Shown here piece after piece: positions 27,065 through 40,950 of a DNA stretch of 64,000 bases. The stretch comes from Octopus vulgaris. Its lineage: Eukaryota. Position 1 is the first letter of the stretch. Each line of letters begins with the position of its first letter. The stretch is from contig OX597831.1 in NCBI GenBank assembly GCA_951406725.2, forward strand, positions 29,760,001 through 29,824,000, in the 5' to 3' direction. The notes beneath the pieces were generated by a model, which did no database searches, was not told where the DNA came from, and was given only the letters and a program-made list of their open reading frames with translations. The translations under genes were made by a program, and so were the position numbers.

Positions 27065-27602
27065 TAGCTATTAGTGAGAGAAGCGGCGTTTGTAACGGTG
27101 GAAATGTTGTTTATAACGCCGTGGACTGCGGTGAACGCCCCGATTAACCATCTCGTGTTGACGACAAATGGTGAAAAGAATAGATACTATCGGTTGACGA
27201 CATTTCGTCAGCACTGTTGGATGGCACTACTGTATCACGGGATTTCACCGTACATTGCTGATCAGGAGTTGTAGCTAGCCAAGCAACGAATGCCAGACAA
27301 AAGAATCAGCCAAACCGATAAACAATAACACTGACGAAACAACCAATGATGTCGCGAAAAGCTGGTGTGCTGTGCATAAAGTAGCTATTTGCACCGAAGC
27401 AGCTTTGTAATTAGTATTAATTAGTGCAACCAGCTTAGCTTGGATATGTTATTTATAACGCTGTGGACTGCGGTGAACGTCCAGAAAAATTTATCCCGTA
27501 TAGACGAAAAATACTAAAAAGCATCAATACTATTGGTTGGCAAAATTTCGTCAGCACCATTAGATGGCGCTACTGTATCACATGATTTCACCGTAAATTG
27601 CG
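27065..27602. repeat. Diverged direct duplication (about 200-bp units)
   Basis: TTTATAACGCYGTGGACTGCGGTGAACG ... ATTTCGTCAGCAC ... GATGGCRCTACTGTATCAC ... GATTTCACCGTA occurs at about 27100-27260 and 27443-27602. Confidence 0.8.
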
Positions 27603-28157
27603 GAGCATTCTGACCACCAAGGTCACAAGCACTCCTCCCCCAAACTACCTGAAGCAGTTCCATTCACTTTAACATTGAGTTCAAATATCGACGAAGATGA
27701 CCTTGCCTTTCATCCTTTTGGGGTCGATAAAATAGGTACCAAATTAAGCACATCCGACCTATCCTGGACTACGGTCGTTGCTATCAACTAACCCCACCAC
27801 CATCACCAAAATTTCAGGCCCTGTGCCCTATCTATAGTAGAAAGGATCATTTAATGGTAAGCACAAATGTGTTACATTTGGAATAAATCTCCTTGATACC
27901 AGACCACAACTAGTTTTCTCAGACATCAAGGCCTTTCGAATTGTCTTTATTATTCCCAATAGAGCAGATTTCTCTTTTCATGCATCTTCCGTAGTAACTC
28001 AGAACCCTTAAACCAAATTACTAAGTCTATGGGCAACTTAGGGCGCCTATAACTGCCGGGATTACTTTTGCAGAAATCCTACATATTCTTCGCATTTCCT
28101 ATACTAAATCTTGGGTATTTTCCTCTTGTTTCCCGTTCCTTAACCACCATTGTTGTT

Positions 28158-28229
<72 letters not shown>

Positions 28230-28231
<2 letters not shown>

Positions 28232-28600
28232 CATTGAAATTGAGAAAATGTGGCATCTCAAGGCGGTTACAATACCAGTGATCGTAGGAGCACTAGGAAT
28301 GATCAAGAAGGGAACCGAAAATTATATGAGAATGATCCCTGGCTTACCATCCCTGCAAGAAGTGCAAAAGATTGTCTTAACTGGTACATCACACGTATTG
28401 AGAAGAGCATTGTCGATGTGAGAACTGTTGCTGCTCATGTATTTTAATTTAACTTTAAAAAAAAAAAAAAAAAAAAATGAACGAACTACTGAGTTTGGTT
28501 TAATGGCCTACCATTGTATACTATGAGTTTCTTTGCCCTAGGAGTCGGGAAGACACTCGGCAAGAAATGATAGCAAATTTGAAAGAAGAAGAAAAAAAAA
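28230..28600 (+). mobile_element. R4/Dong-clade non-LTR retrotransposon 3' end inserted in (TAA)n
   Basis: LIEIEKMWHLKAVTIPVIVGALGMIKK...LQEVQKIVLTGTSHVLRRAL* resembles the end of the restriction-like endonuclease domain. (TAA)n lies on both sides, the known Dong target. Confidence 0.8.
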
Positions 28601-28893
28601 GTAATAATAATAATAATAATAAACAGTATCGTTTACGAATTCTTCTTCCAAAGAGCTCCCGGCGCCTGTTGTGCTCGCTCTACTGACAATCCAAAGTAGA
28701 CATCACGTTTACTCCCCAAAATACATATATCAGCACCATCATAGTAAAACTATATCCAAATTATTATTACCAAACCATTATTTTTCGCCATTTTACAGCC
28801 GTTTCCCACACCCCACCGCCGCCGCCGCCTCTCTTCACTGTGTTATTTCCTTTTCATTCTTTGATCTTTTCTTTTTTGTTATTATTACTTTTA

Positions 28894-28945
<52 letters not shown>

Positions 28946-29132
28946 CTTGTTGTTGTTCATTGACATTGTTATTTATTATTGGTCTGCCATTGTTTTTGTT
29001 AGTTTCGCCTTCGCCTTTTCATTCCGCATAAATCTAGTCTTTGTTCATTTACACACGCGTATATACACACTTACATGCTCACTCATAGACATGTATACAT
29101 ACTTAGTTAAACACATATAGACACACATGCAT

Positions 29133-29189
<57 letters not shown>

Positions 29190-29634
29190 CAAACATACAT
29201 AAATACATATATACACAAACACATACACATATATGTGTGCTGTGTGTGTACACATGCATTCATATATACATTAGCATACATATGTACATACATGCATATA
29301 CACGCACGCACATGCACACATGAGAAACACAATGTAATGTTACAAATAGTTGAAAACCTACCAATCCACTCATGACCACCATCACCATTATCACCACCAT
29401 CATCATCACCACCACCACCGCCACTACTATTACCATCACCACTCACGCATTTTTGTTTTTTCTTTAATTTTAGGTAAGTGGTTTTATTAACAAGTTTTTG
29501 GTATGAAACATATGGGAGAGGTTCCATATCAAGGTTGGTCTTTGCTTCTTTATTCAGTATACGCCCACCCCCTCCACCAGAAATACTGAAGAATTATTTG
29601 CCCCAATATTTAAGATATAAAAAACAACATAAAA

Positions 29635-29970
29635 AGGGTAAAAACCGCTCCTCGGTCATGAATGACCATGGGATCGCACCTAGAAAGTTCCCCTCGGCAA
29701 CACAGGCCCGGGCAAGGTTGTTTATGAAAGATCAACAAGAAACCCATACATACCAGCCTCCTCTCACCATGCCACTGATGTTACCCAAGGCAAAGGCAAA
29801 GGGGTCGATACAGCTTGGCACCAGTGATGCCGCAGCTAATTTCTACAGCTGGGTGAACAGGAGCAACGTGAAATAAAGTGTCTTGCTCAAGAACACAATA
29901 TCCAGCCTGGTCCGGAAATCGAACTCACTACCTCAAGATTGTGAGCCCGACGCTCTAACCACAGAGCCAA
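29635..29970 (-). mobile_element. CORE-type SINE family D
   Basis: Homologous to 1110-1455. Confidence 0.85.
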
Positions 29971-29988
29971 GTAAAAGTTATAAATAAT

Positions 29989-30310
29989 TCTTCCTACTAA
30001 AAGCACAAGGCTTAAAATTTGGGTGATGGGGATAGTCGGTTACATCGACCCCAGTACTCAACTGGCATTTATTTTTTATTTCTTTATTGATCACAAGGAG
30101 CTAAACATAGAGGGGACAAACAAGGACAGACAAATGGATTAAGTCGATCACATCGATCCCAGTGCGTAACCGGTACTTATTAATTGACCCCGAAAGGATG
30201 AAAGACAAAGTCGACCTCGGCTAGTTTTGAACTCAGGACGTAAAGACGGACGAAATGCCGCTAGGCATTTTACCCGGCGTGCTAACGAATCTACGAGCTC
30301 ATCGCCTTCA
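29989..30310 (-). mobile_element. SINE family C (composite of two tail types) with TSD
   Basis: 17-bp direct repeat TAAAAGTTATAAATAAT at 29972-29988 and 30311-30327. Confidence 0.85.
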
Positions 30311-31029
30311 TAAAAGTTATAAATAATAGCGTGTTAAATTTGGGTTATTTAAACACTAATGGCGAAAGAGGTAGTGTAGTGGACGAGAGTAAAAAGACTG
30401 AATATAGAGGTTTTTCCTTTTCAGCCAAGGCCTCAACGACTTTTTAAAAATCTCGTTTGAAAAGGAAGGCGAGGGCTGAGAGGGATGTGTTGCCCCCCCC
30501 CCCAATCTTCCGCCCCGCCAGTAAATTTGTTGAAAGGTGGATGAACATGATGAGGATGGCCCTAGATGAAAGTGATGAGGAGTAGGCCAGCTCTAAGCTG
30601 GCACATGTCGGCTGAGGAGTGCAAAGAAGAAGCACTTACCCATGGTACTCCTGATGTATAGGCTGGTTCGGGTTCTGTGGGGTTCTGTGGAATTCTGTGG
30701 TTGTCCCTGGGCTGTGTCCCCACCCATTTGGAATTTTGTTTGCTGAAATTTTGTAAATTGTCATCGTTTTGATGTTTACATGTTATTATGAAAATCGCCA
30801 CGGTCGTTTGTCTTGGTATTACCTTAATTTTTTCGTGATCCTTATAGCCGATAGAGAAAGAATTATTTATAGCTCTATCTACTTCTGAGTTTAACCTTTA
30901 GAAACGCATTATTTCTCGTTCTCTCCAAGTTTCTAAACACTTATGATGTAAACGATAAAATAATCGTTTGTATAAGACGCTTACTTCTTAACCACATGGT
31001 CCCACGTTCAGTCACACTGCGTGGCACCT

Positions 31030-31112
31030 TCATTGGAATTTCAACATCAACAACAGGGTATTTTTTTGTATGTATGTATGTATGTATGTATGTATGTATG
31101 TATGTATGTATG

Positions 31113-31167
<55 letters not shown>

Positions 31168-31335
31168 GGATGTATGTATGTGCAGATTTGTATGATTTAT
31201 GTATGCATTCTCATGCATATAGTTGCGTATCTAGACATGCTCATATATATTTAAATGATAAACTTCTGGAAAGTTTTACAGATTTTTTACAGTTCCAGTG
31301 ATGGACTGGATCTGTAGTCTTCGAATTAGCTTTCT
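31030..31335. repeat. Second copy of the 2316-2600 repeat family
   Basis: Inverse homology to 2316-2530, with internal (TATG)n/(GATT)n. Confidence 0.7.
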
Positions 31336-32181
31336 CTTGTATGTATGTATGTATGTATGTATGTATGTATGTATGTATGTATGTATGTATGTATGTATGT
31401 ATGTATGTGTGTATGTATGTATGTATGTATGTATGTATGTATGTATGTATGTATGTATGTATGTATGTATGTATGTAGAGGGACAGAGCGATAAAGTTTC
31501 CGTTCACCAAGTTACTAATTTCCATTCACAAGGTTATAGAAGTAGATACCGGCTCAAAGTGCCGCAAACAGGGATCGAACTCGTAACTGCGTAGCAGCGA
31601 CACGAACCACTTTAACCATAAAACCATGCCTAAACAAATAAGAAAAAAAAAGAAGCAACATATGAATAAGAGAACACTACACCTGGAGTATTAAGACAGG
31701 AGTGGCATGGCTGGAACATTTGTGGTTATCGTTGGCCTTGGGCTAAACAGCATCAATAACAATATAACGTATTGTCCTTGAATATAGTCAAAGGGAATTG
31801 CTGTTATTGTTGGTGTTGTTGCTGCTGTTACTGTTGTCTACGCCTTCTCCTTGGTTAACACCTGAACGCTTAAGCGGGTGGATATATATATAAACATATA
31901 TGTATGTGTGTGTGTGTGTGTGTGTGTGTGAAAATACACCCGCCTAAAAATATCCCGAGTACTGAAAACAACGGAAGTTAGCACTCATCAAATTGCCGAC
32001 ATGTCTGCTCTGGGTTTCATTTATAGAATTCTTAACGGAATTGGTAAACAAACTTGACAACGGGTAGAAACGAACAGATGTATGTATGTATGTAGGTAGG
32101 TAGGTAGGTAGGTAGGTAGGTAGGTAGGTAGGTATAATATACATATCTACAAATACACACGTCCATATATACATAGATAAG

Positions 32182-32249
<68 letters not shown>

Positions 32250-32291
32250 CGTGTATACATACATATATGTATATATATATATATATATGCA

Positions 32292-32336
<45 letters not shown>

Positions 32337-33476
32337 CATATATATAAATAGTTAATAACTTTTCAAAAGCTCTTTTGCCAATTGTTGTAACTATATCAAG
32401 TAATTTAACCAAAATTTTTAAATATATATATATATTCCGTCTAAAGACTTACACACCTTACGGATTAAATTCCAATCTTCAATTTACTTAGCTTGTTCCT
32501 TCAAACTGATGCTCCCATCGCCCCAAACATAATTGCACACTCTTGTCTTTTTGTTCTTATTTCTTCACATCTCCCTCGTTCTGTTACTCGCGTACCACCC
32601 CTGTCAATAATTTCCGTTTCTTACCTTTTCGAATCCTCGTTCTTGGCCTTTTACCAACACACATTTTCATTCTGAGACTTAATTCCGACCCTCGCCTTTT
32701 GTTTCTTTGTTTTTTCTCTCGCGTACGCCCACACACACAAAAAAAATATGTACACCGGTTTGCTACTTATACATACTCACTAATCTGGGGCAACTTACCT
32801 ATTCTTCAACCAGAGCTCGTTTGTCAATTTTACACTTACACATGCCACAAATGCATGCACACACACCGACTCTCTCACACACACACACGTATGTGCTTTG
32901 ACATTAACTATCCAACGCACACACACATAGACATTACACTACACCCATGTATGTATGTATGTATGTATGTATGTATGTATGTATGTATGTATGTACGTAC
33001 GTACGTATACATACATTTACATACATCCATATAACTTCATCTGTGTTTTACCAAAAGTCCAATATCGCGAAATCATCTTAATCATTTTATCTAATATTCT
33101 TTGACTGAGCCTACCTAGGTCAGACTTTGATGGACTAATAAACCAGATTGCAGGTCATTCGTAGACGTTTAGTTTGTGATTTTTTAGGTTGAACAAGGGG
33201 CTTTTGGATGAAAAGGTTCCAAATTTACTTACAGACTTATATACATACGTACTTATATACATACTTCGATTCGGTAATCACATATGTAAGTACCGCTTGC
33301 ACATGCACGTATGTGTTCATATATGCGTGTTGCTGTGCGTGTGAAACAGTGCGTAAGTGTACATGTTACGGTCTTAACTTCTGGAATGTCTTACATATTT
33401 TTACTGTTCCATGAATGGTTTGTAATTGTATATTTTTAATTAACCGTGTCCTTTTTGGCTTCTGAAAAAAAATAGC

Positions 33477-33618
<142 letters not shown>

Positions 33619-33667
33619 ATATATATATATATATATATATCTGCCTCTCTCTCTCTCTGTCTTTATG

Positions 33668-33725
<58 letters not shown>

Positions 33726-33922
33726 CATGTTACATATGCGTGTGTATACGTATATATATATATAATACACGCACACACATATCTACATATATACGTATAC
33801 ATATACATACGTGCATGTCTGTACGTTTATAAGTATGTATGTGTTTATGTATCTATGTACATACGTGTATATGTTTATAAAGATGCATATGTGTGTATAT
33901 GTGTGTGTGCGCTTACATATAT

Positions 33923-34100
33923 AGGTGCAGGAATGGCTGTGTGGTAAGTAGCTTGTTTACCAACCACATGGTTCTGTGTTCACTCCCACTGTGTGGCACC
34001 TTGGGCAAGTGTCTTCTACTATAGCCTCGGGCGGACCAAAGCCTTGTGTGTGGATTTGGTAGACAGAAACTGAAAGAAGCCCGCCGTATATATGTATATG

Positions 34101-34173
<73 letters not shown>

Positions 34174-34377
34174 TTGTGTATCTGTGTTTGTCCTTTCGAC
34201 ATCGCTTGACAACCGATGTTGGTGTGTTTACGTCCCCGTAACTTAGCGGTTCGCCAAAAGAGACCGATAGAATAAGTACTAGGCTTACAAAGAATAAGTC
34301 CTGGGGGTCGATTTGTTCGACTAAAGGCGGTGCTCCCACATGGCCACAGTCAAATGACTGAAACGAGTAAAAGAGTA
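33923..34377 (+). mobile_element. SINE family A
   Basis: Full head, CCTTGGGCAAGT CORE-like motif, internal (TG)n and tail GAGTAAAAGAGTA. Confidence 0.9.
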
Positions 34378-34642
34378 TATGAAGGATCGCAGTTGTGAAG
34401 GACTCAATATGTGAAACGGTGGCATATGTGAAGGGCCACATATTTGAAAGATTACATATGTTTAAGGACGGCAAATGTGAAGGATTTTAAATGTGAGCAA
34501 TCGGGAGGATCACGGATGTGAACGATCGCAGATGTGAAGGATGCAGATGGGAATCATTGTAAATGTGAAGTATCGCATATGTGAAGGATCGTACGTACAT
34601 GTGACGGATCACACATACGAAGGATTGAAATGTGAAGGATCA
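34378..34642. repeat. About 16-bp degenerate minisatellite (ATGTGAAGGATCGCAG)
   Basis: ATGTGAAGGA recurs at about 16-bp spacing. Confidence 0.8.
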
Positions 34643-34914
34643 GTGCTGCTTTTCCAAGAAGCTTTTAGTGGTAAATGGTTAAATAAATGATCTTGACACG
34701 CACAAGAGATCCTGTATTTGATTGGCTGTAAATTACACCCCTATTTCATGACACTAAGTCACTCAACACCCTCTCACACAAACTATTTCCTGTCTATTAA
34801 CAATAATAGCTTGGCATATTTGCACCTCTTAGCAAATATTTAACTACCGCTCACACTTGCTATCAGTTCGCTGGCTGGTAGGTCGGTTGGCTGGTTTTGT
34901 CGCTGCCTCTATGA

Positions 34915-34964
<50 letters not shown>

Positions 34965-35230
34965 ATGTGTATATATATGTTTATGTGTGTGTGTATATAC
35001 ATATATATGTATTATATGTATGTATATGTATATGTGTGCGTAATTATATATATGTGTGTGCGTACACCCATAGACACCACACATACACGTACACACGCAC
35101 ACATATATATAGACGATAGACAGACAAATAGATATGTATGAACGTGTATATACACACACACGCTATGTATACATACATATCTATATGTCTGTCTATCATT
35201 TATGTATGTGTGTGTGTATAGACATACATG

Positions 35231-35287
<57 letters not shown>

Positions 35288-35290
<3 letters not shown>

Positions 35291-35703
35291 CGCAGGAGTG
35301 GCTGTTTGGTAAGTAGGTTACTTACCAACCACAATTTTCCAGGTTCATTCCCACTGCGTGGCACCTTGGGCAAGTGCCTTCTACTATAGCCTCGAGCCGT
35401 ACAAAAGCCTTGTAAGTGGATTTGGTAGACAGAAACTGAAAGAAGCCCGTTGTATATATGTATATATATATATGCATGTGTGTGTATATGTTTGTGTGTC
35501 TGTGTTTGTCTCCTACCCCCCACAACATCGCTTGACAACTGTTTCTGGTGTGTTTACCTCCCCGTAACATTAGCGGTTCGGCAAAAGACACCGATAGAAT
35601 AAGTACTAGGCTTACAAAGAATATGTCCTGGGGTCGATTTGCTCGACTAAAGGCGGTGCTCCAGCATGGCCGCAGTCAAATGACTGAAACAAGTAAAAGA
35701 GTA
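35288..35703 (+). mobile_element. SINE family A
   Basis: Near-consensus full copy. Confidence 0.9.
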
Positions 35704-36161
35704 AACATGACAGTTGAAAAAAAATCAAACATCTTTTTGAATCTGATAACATTTTTATAACAAATCATACCATGCCTATTGACGGGGGCCGAAAGTCAAC
35801 AATGTGTTGAAGTACTGAATCAAAAGAATCTAACCCTTTTAATCCAATCTCTTGTCGCCACATTAGATCGATTTTTTAGTGGAGAGATAACCCAATTTTT
35901 TAATGGTAATTTTTTAATGGTAGTGAGATAGCCAAAAAGTACCGAACTATTTTTAAAGTATCGAATAATTATGGCGGTGGAGATCCACCAGAACAGAACA
36001 GAATAGTAATCAAAGGTGTCTGTAGATAAACGATGGCTGATAATCCGTGTTATATCTATAAATGGAGGCGGGAATTCGTCTGCTTGTTTGCCTGTTCATC
36101 TGTTCATGTCGGTATCTGTTTATCTGTTTGTCTAGTCATTTGTTCACCTGTTTGTCTATTT

Positions 36162-37051
36162 TAGGGGTGTGGGAACTTCTTTAACCAATTACCACAAAAT
36201 ATATTTAAATAATGCTGACGTTACCCCCTTGATTTGAAAGGAAGAAGATCATAGATTCTTCGAATTCAAAAGATCTATTGGATCTATTTATATGGAGAGT
36301 ACAATTATAAATTTTTTTTTTTCCTTCTCGAGCCATGCCTGGCTCATAAGGGCCGGCTTCCCGGTTTCCTTGGCGTATTGGTTCCTCACATGGACGGGAC
36401 ACCGGTCCGTCGCAGGTGAGCTGCATGATGCAGGAGGAAAGTGTGAGAGAAAGTTGTGGCGAAAGAGTCAGCAGAAGTTCGCCATTACCTTCTGCTGGAG
36501 TCGCGTGGTGCTTAAGTGTTTCGCTCATAAACACACACATACCCCGGTCTGAGATTCGAACCCGCGATCTCTCGACTGCGAGTCCACTGCTCTAACCACT
36601 AGGCCATGTGCCTCCACAACTATAAATATAAAAAATATAAAACAAATGTGATAAAAGAAATTGATATCCTCATTATGAAACAAAAGGATTTTTCTAGAAA
36701 CTTTTTCACTTTAGATTTTGGAGAAATGATGTTGTTTCATCTTTGTTACAAAAACATCAAAATTGGGGCATTTTGATGCCAGAGCAACTAGGAAACAGTC
36801 TTCGAGGTCCAATCGATTAGTCTGCTTTCTTTTTAAGATCATTAGGACGGAAGATCTTTGTTTGCAAAGGAAGATTGTTGCGAAAGGCAGCAACTCTTTG
36901 ACTGCCTCCTCATCCCAGAAGAGAAATTTCTGCCGTAACAAGGAAAAACGTTTTTTATATAATTTTACTTATGTCTAATAAGTCCTCATTTCCCCCAAGA
37001 ATTACATTTTTACCCCACTTCGGGTAATTTTCTCCGGTTCACCGATCCCTG
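36162..37051 (-). mobile_element. hAT (Buster/Charlie-type) internally deleted transposon
   Basis: Residual ORF 36711-36941 AVKELLPFATIFLCKQRSSVLMILKRKQTNRLDLED resembles the hAT C-terminal dimerisation domain. Termini are TAGGGG and CCCTG, with 8-bp flanks GTCTATTT / GTCTATCT (7/8 match, central TA). Confidence 0.8.
36322..36617 (-). mobile_element. Family B-related SINE nested in the hAT element
   Basis: Minus-strand head GGAGGCACATGGCCTAGTGGTTAGAGCAGTGGACTCGC...GGGTTCGAATCTC. Confidence 0.85.
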
Positions 37052-37279
37052 GTCTATCTGCTCACCCCTTTTCCATGCATCTGTCTGTCAGTCAGTCTGT
37101 CCGTCTACCTGATCATCATTTCTTACAGTTCACCTGTCTCTTCATCGGTCTGTTCATTTCTCTTTCTGCTCACCTCTCAGCATGTTCATCTGCCTGATCA
37201 CCTCTTTTTCTGTTCATTTGTGTATCTGTCTATCTGTGCATCTACCTGTCAGTCCATTACTCTATTTGCTCATATGTCT

Positions 37280-38000
37280 TTTAAAACATTTGTCTGTTTG
37301 GACATCTGTCCAACGACCTGTTCATCAGTTTATTGGGACATCTGTGTATCAGTTCATCTCTACATCTGTCCATCTGTCTATTTGGACATCTACCCAGCGG
37401 CCTGTTCACCTGTTCATTTGTCTACTGGGACATCTGTGTATCAGTCCATCTCTACATCTGTCCATCTTCCCAGCTGCCTGTTCATCTGTCTACCGGGACA
37501 TCTGTGTATCTGTCCATCTCTACATATGTCCATCTGTCTATTTGTACATCTGACCAGCGGCCTGTTCATCTGTCTACCGGGACATCATCTGTGTATCAAT
37601 CCATCTCTACATCTGTCCATCTGTCTATTTGGACATCTGTCCAGCGGCCTGTTCATCTGTCTACCGGGACATCTGTGTATCAGCCCATCTCTAATCTGTC
37701 CACCTATCTATTTGGACATCTGTCTTGCGGCCTGTTCACCTGTTCATCTGTCTACCGGGATAGATATCAGTCCATCTCTACATCTGTCCATCTTCCCAGC
37801 TGCCTGTTCACCTGTTCATCTGTCTACCGAGACATCTGTGTATCAGCCCATCTCTAATCTGTCCACCTGTCTATTTGGACATCTGCTCAGCGACCTGTTC
37901 ATCTGTGTATCTGTCCATCTCTACATCTGTCCATCTGTCTATTTGAACATCTGTCCAGCTGCCTGTTCATCTGTTCATCTGTCTACCGGGACATCTATCT
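37280..38000. repeat. Higher-order minisatellite (about 75-92-bp units) built from CATC/CTGT tetramers
   Basis: Repeated GGGACATCTGTGTATCAGTCCATCTCTACATCTGTCCATCTGTCTATTTGGACATCTGTCCAGCGGCCTGTTCATCTGTCTACC. Confidence 0.9.
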
Positions 38001-38837
38001 TTATGTTCATCTGTTCAGCTATCCATTTGTCTTTCTCTTTGTTTCTTCATGTCTATTCACCTGTCTGTCTGTTCGTCTATCGTTATTCATGTCTATCTAT
38101 CAGTCGTAAGATGTGTTACTAGAGAAAATTATTTCTATTCCTATATTTTTCATGCATAATGGTGATTTTTCTTCAGTAGTAGTGGTTGTTGTTGTTGTTG
38201 TTGTTGTTGTTATTGTTGTTGTTGTTGTGGTGGTGGTGGTGGTGGTGGTGATGGTGGTGGTGGTGGTGGTGGTGGTGGTGGTGGTGGCGGTGGTGGTGAT
38301 GGTACGGCAGCGGTGGTGATGGTACGGCGGCGGTGGTGATGGTACAGCGGCGGTGGTAGTGATGGTGATAATGGTACCGGCGGTGGTGGTGATGTGATAG
38401 TTGTGATGATGATGGTGAGGAGAGGATGTTGTTGGTGGTGGTGGTGACGATGGTGTCAGCAATGTCAATGGCAATGGTGATAGTAATGCTGATGGTGGTG
38501 TTGGTGTTGGTGTTGGCGTTGCATAAGAGGATGGTGAGTGTGTGGGTAGGTAGGTGATGCGGCTTCTCAATAAAGTGTTAAGTTGTCACACCCTACCATT
38601 TCATAGTTCTCCCTCCACCACTTGTATGTGTGTCTCGAACACGACACACAGCAAACCCCGACCCTTCTCATCCTGTCCTCGCTTACACCTCACCTTCCCA
38701 TCCGTTACAGCCACCATTGGCCAGAGTGACGCCAACTGCCAACACCACCACCACCACCACCACCTCCACACCCACCACCGCCGCCACAGCTCACAACAGC
38801 AAAATATGATCCATCACGACAACCATTATCACAACCT

Positions 38838-38919
<82 letters not shown>

Positions 38920-39499
38920 AACAATAACAACCAACACAATCTTCACTGCTGCCAATATATTCATATTTCCATCAATGAGATTTCTCCTCACAGCTAAAGG
39001 GTGAGAGAGAGAGGGAGGGAGAGAGGGAGGGAGACAGATAGACAAAAAGACTGACATACAGTAAGAGAGAGAGAGAGAGAGAGAGAAAGGGGGAGAGGAA
39101 GAGAGAAGGTATAAACAGACACCCATACACAATGACAGATTGAGAGATAGAGAGTGTGGTAGAGAAAGAAAAGAGAGAGGCATACAGGACAGCGAGACAG
39201 TGACACACACACAGGCATACGCACACACACACACACATAAGTACACATACAGGCACACTCACACACACACAGATATATGCACACAAACACACACACACAC
39301 GCACACACACAAGCACAGATACAGGCACACTCAAACACACACAGACATATGAACACAAACACACAGACATATGCACACACACATACACACACACACGCAC
39401 ACACACGGACATACGCATACACTGACATACGCACACACACCGACATACGCACACAAACACACACGCACAGACAAACACTCACAGCCAGGCATACACACA

Positions 39500-39539
<40 letters not shown>

Positions 39540-39840
39540 TGCACGCACACACAAGTGTTCAGAGACAGACACACATGCAAACACACACAAAACATGACAC
39601 GGCAAGGCACCCTCAGACATACACACTTACACACGCGCACACACACACACACACACATCACACACACACACACATCACATCACACACACACGTACGCACG
39701 CACACACACACACATAAGTACACATACAGGCACACTCACACACACACAGATATATGCACACAAACACACACACACGCACACACACAAGCACACTCAAACA
39801 CACACAGACATATGAACACAAACACACAGACATACGCACG

Positions 39841-39875
<35 letters not shown>

Positions 39876-40097
39876 GCACGCACACACATACTCACTCACC
39901 GGGTTCGACACGCGCACACGCAAACAATAAACGTCGACAGAATCACCAAGAAATTATGACATAATTCCAGGAATTCATATTATTTTTTATTCCAACTGAG
40001 ACGCACAGCGCCACACCACTTCACACGTAAACATAAGCGGATCTCCGTCGGTGTCGACGACGCATATTCCAGATCAGTTTTTACACGAGCGTTTGTA

Positions 40098-40512
40098 TAC
40101 TCTTTACTCTTTTACTCTTTTACTTGTTTCAGTCACTTGACTGCGGCCATGCTGGAGCACCGCCTTTAGTCGAGCAAATCGACCCCAGGACTTATTCTTT
40201 GTAAGCCCAGTACTTATTCTATCGGTGTCTTTTGCGAAACCGCTAGGTGACGGGGACGTAAATACACCAGCATCGGTTGTCAAGCAATGCTAGGGGGACA
40301 AACACAGACACACAAACACACACACATATATATCTATATACATATATACGACAGGCTTCTTTCAGTTTCCGCCTACCAAATCCACTCACAAGGCATTGGT
40401 CGGCCCGGGGCTATAGCAGAAGACATTTGCCCAAGATGCCACGCAGTGGGATTGAACCCGGAACCATGTGGTTGGTTAGCAAGCTACTTACCAGACAACC
40501 ACTCCTGCGCCT
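40098..40512 (-). mobile_element. SINE family A
   Basis: Near-consensus copy. Confidence 0.9.
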
Positions 40513-40529
40513 ATATTGTTATTATTTTA

Positions 40530-40751
40530 TTCTTTTAATTGTTTCAGTCATTTTGACTGCGACCATGCTGGAGCACCGTCTGTAGTCGAACAAATCGACC
40601 TCTCTTCGTAATAAAGTCCTGTACTTATTCTATCGGTCTCTTTTGTCGAACCGCTTAGCTACGGGGACGTAAACACACCAACATCGGTTGTCAGGCGATG
40701 GTGAGGGGACTAACACAGAGACACAAAAACACACACACACACTTCACACAC

Positions 40752-40787
<36 letters not shown>

Positions 40788-40950
40788 GACGGGCTTCTTT
40801 CAGTTTCCGTCTACCAAATCCACCCACAAGGCTTTGTTCGACCCGAGCCTTTAGCAGAAGACACTTACCCAAGGTGCCACGCAGTGGGACTGAACCCGGA
40901 GCCATGTGGTTGGTAAGCAAGCTACCTACCACTCAGTCACTCCTGCGCCT
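40530..40950 (-). mobile_element. SINE family A, tandem with the previous copy
   Basis: Near-consensus copy. Confidence 0.9.

Noticed and set aside
30610-30650. CTGAGGA-GTGC...GCAC stem
   Set aside because: No GAAA after the stem; likely chance.
37220-38122. 300-aa Cys/His/Leu-rich ORF
   Set aside because: It lies entirely within a minisatellite, with several frames open.
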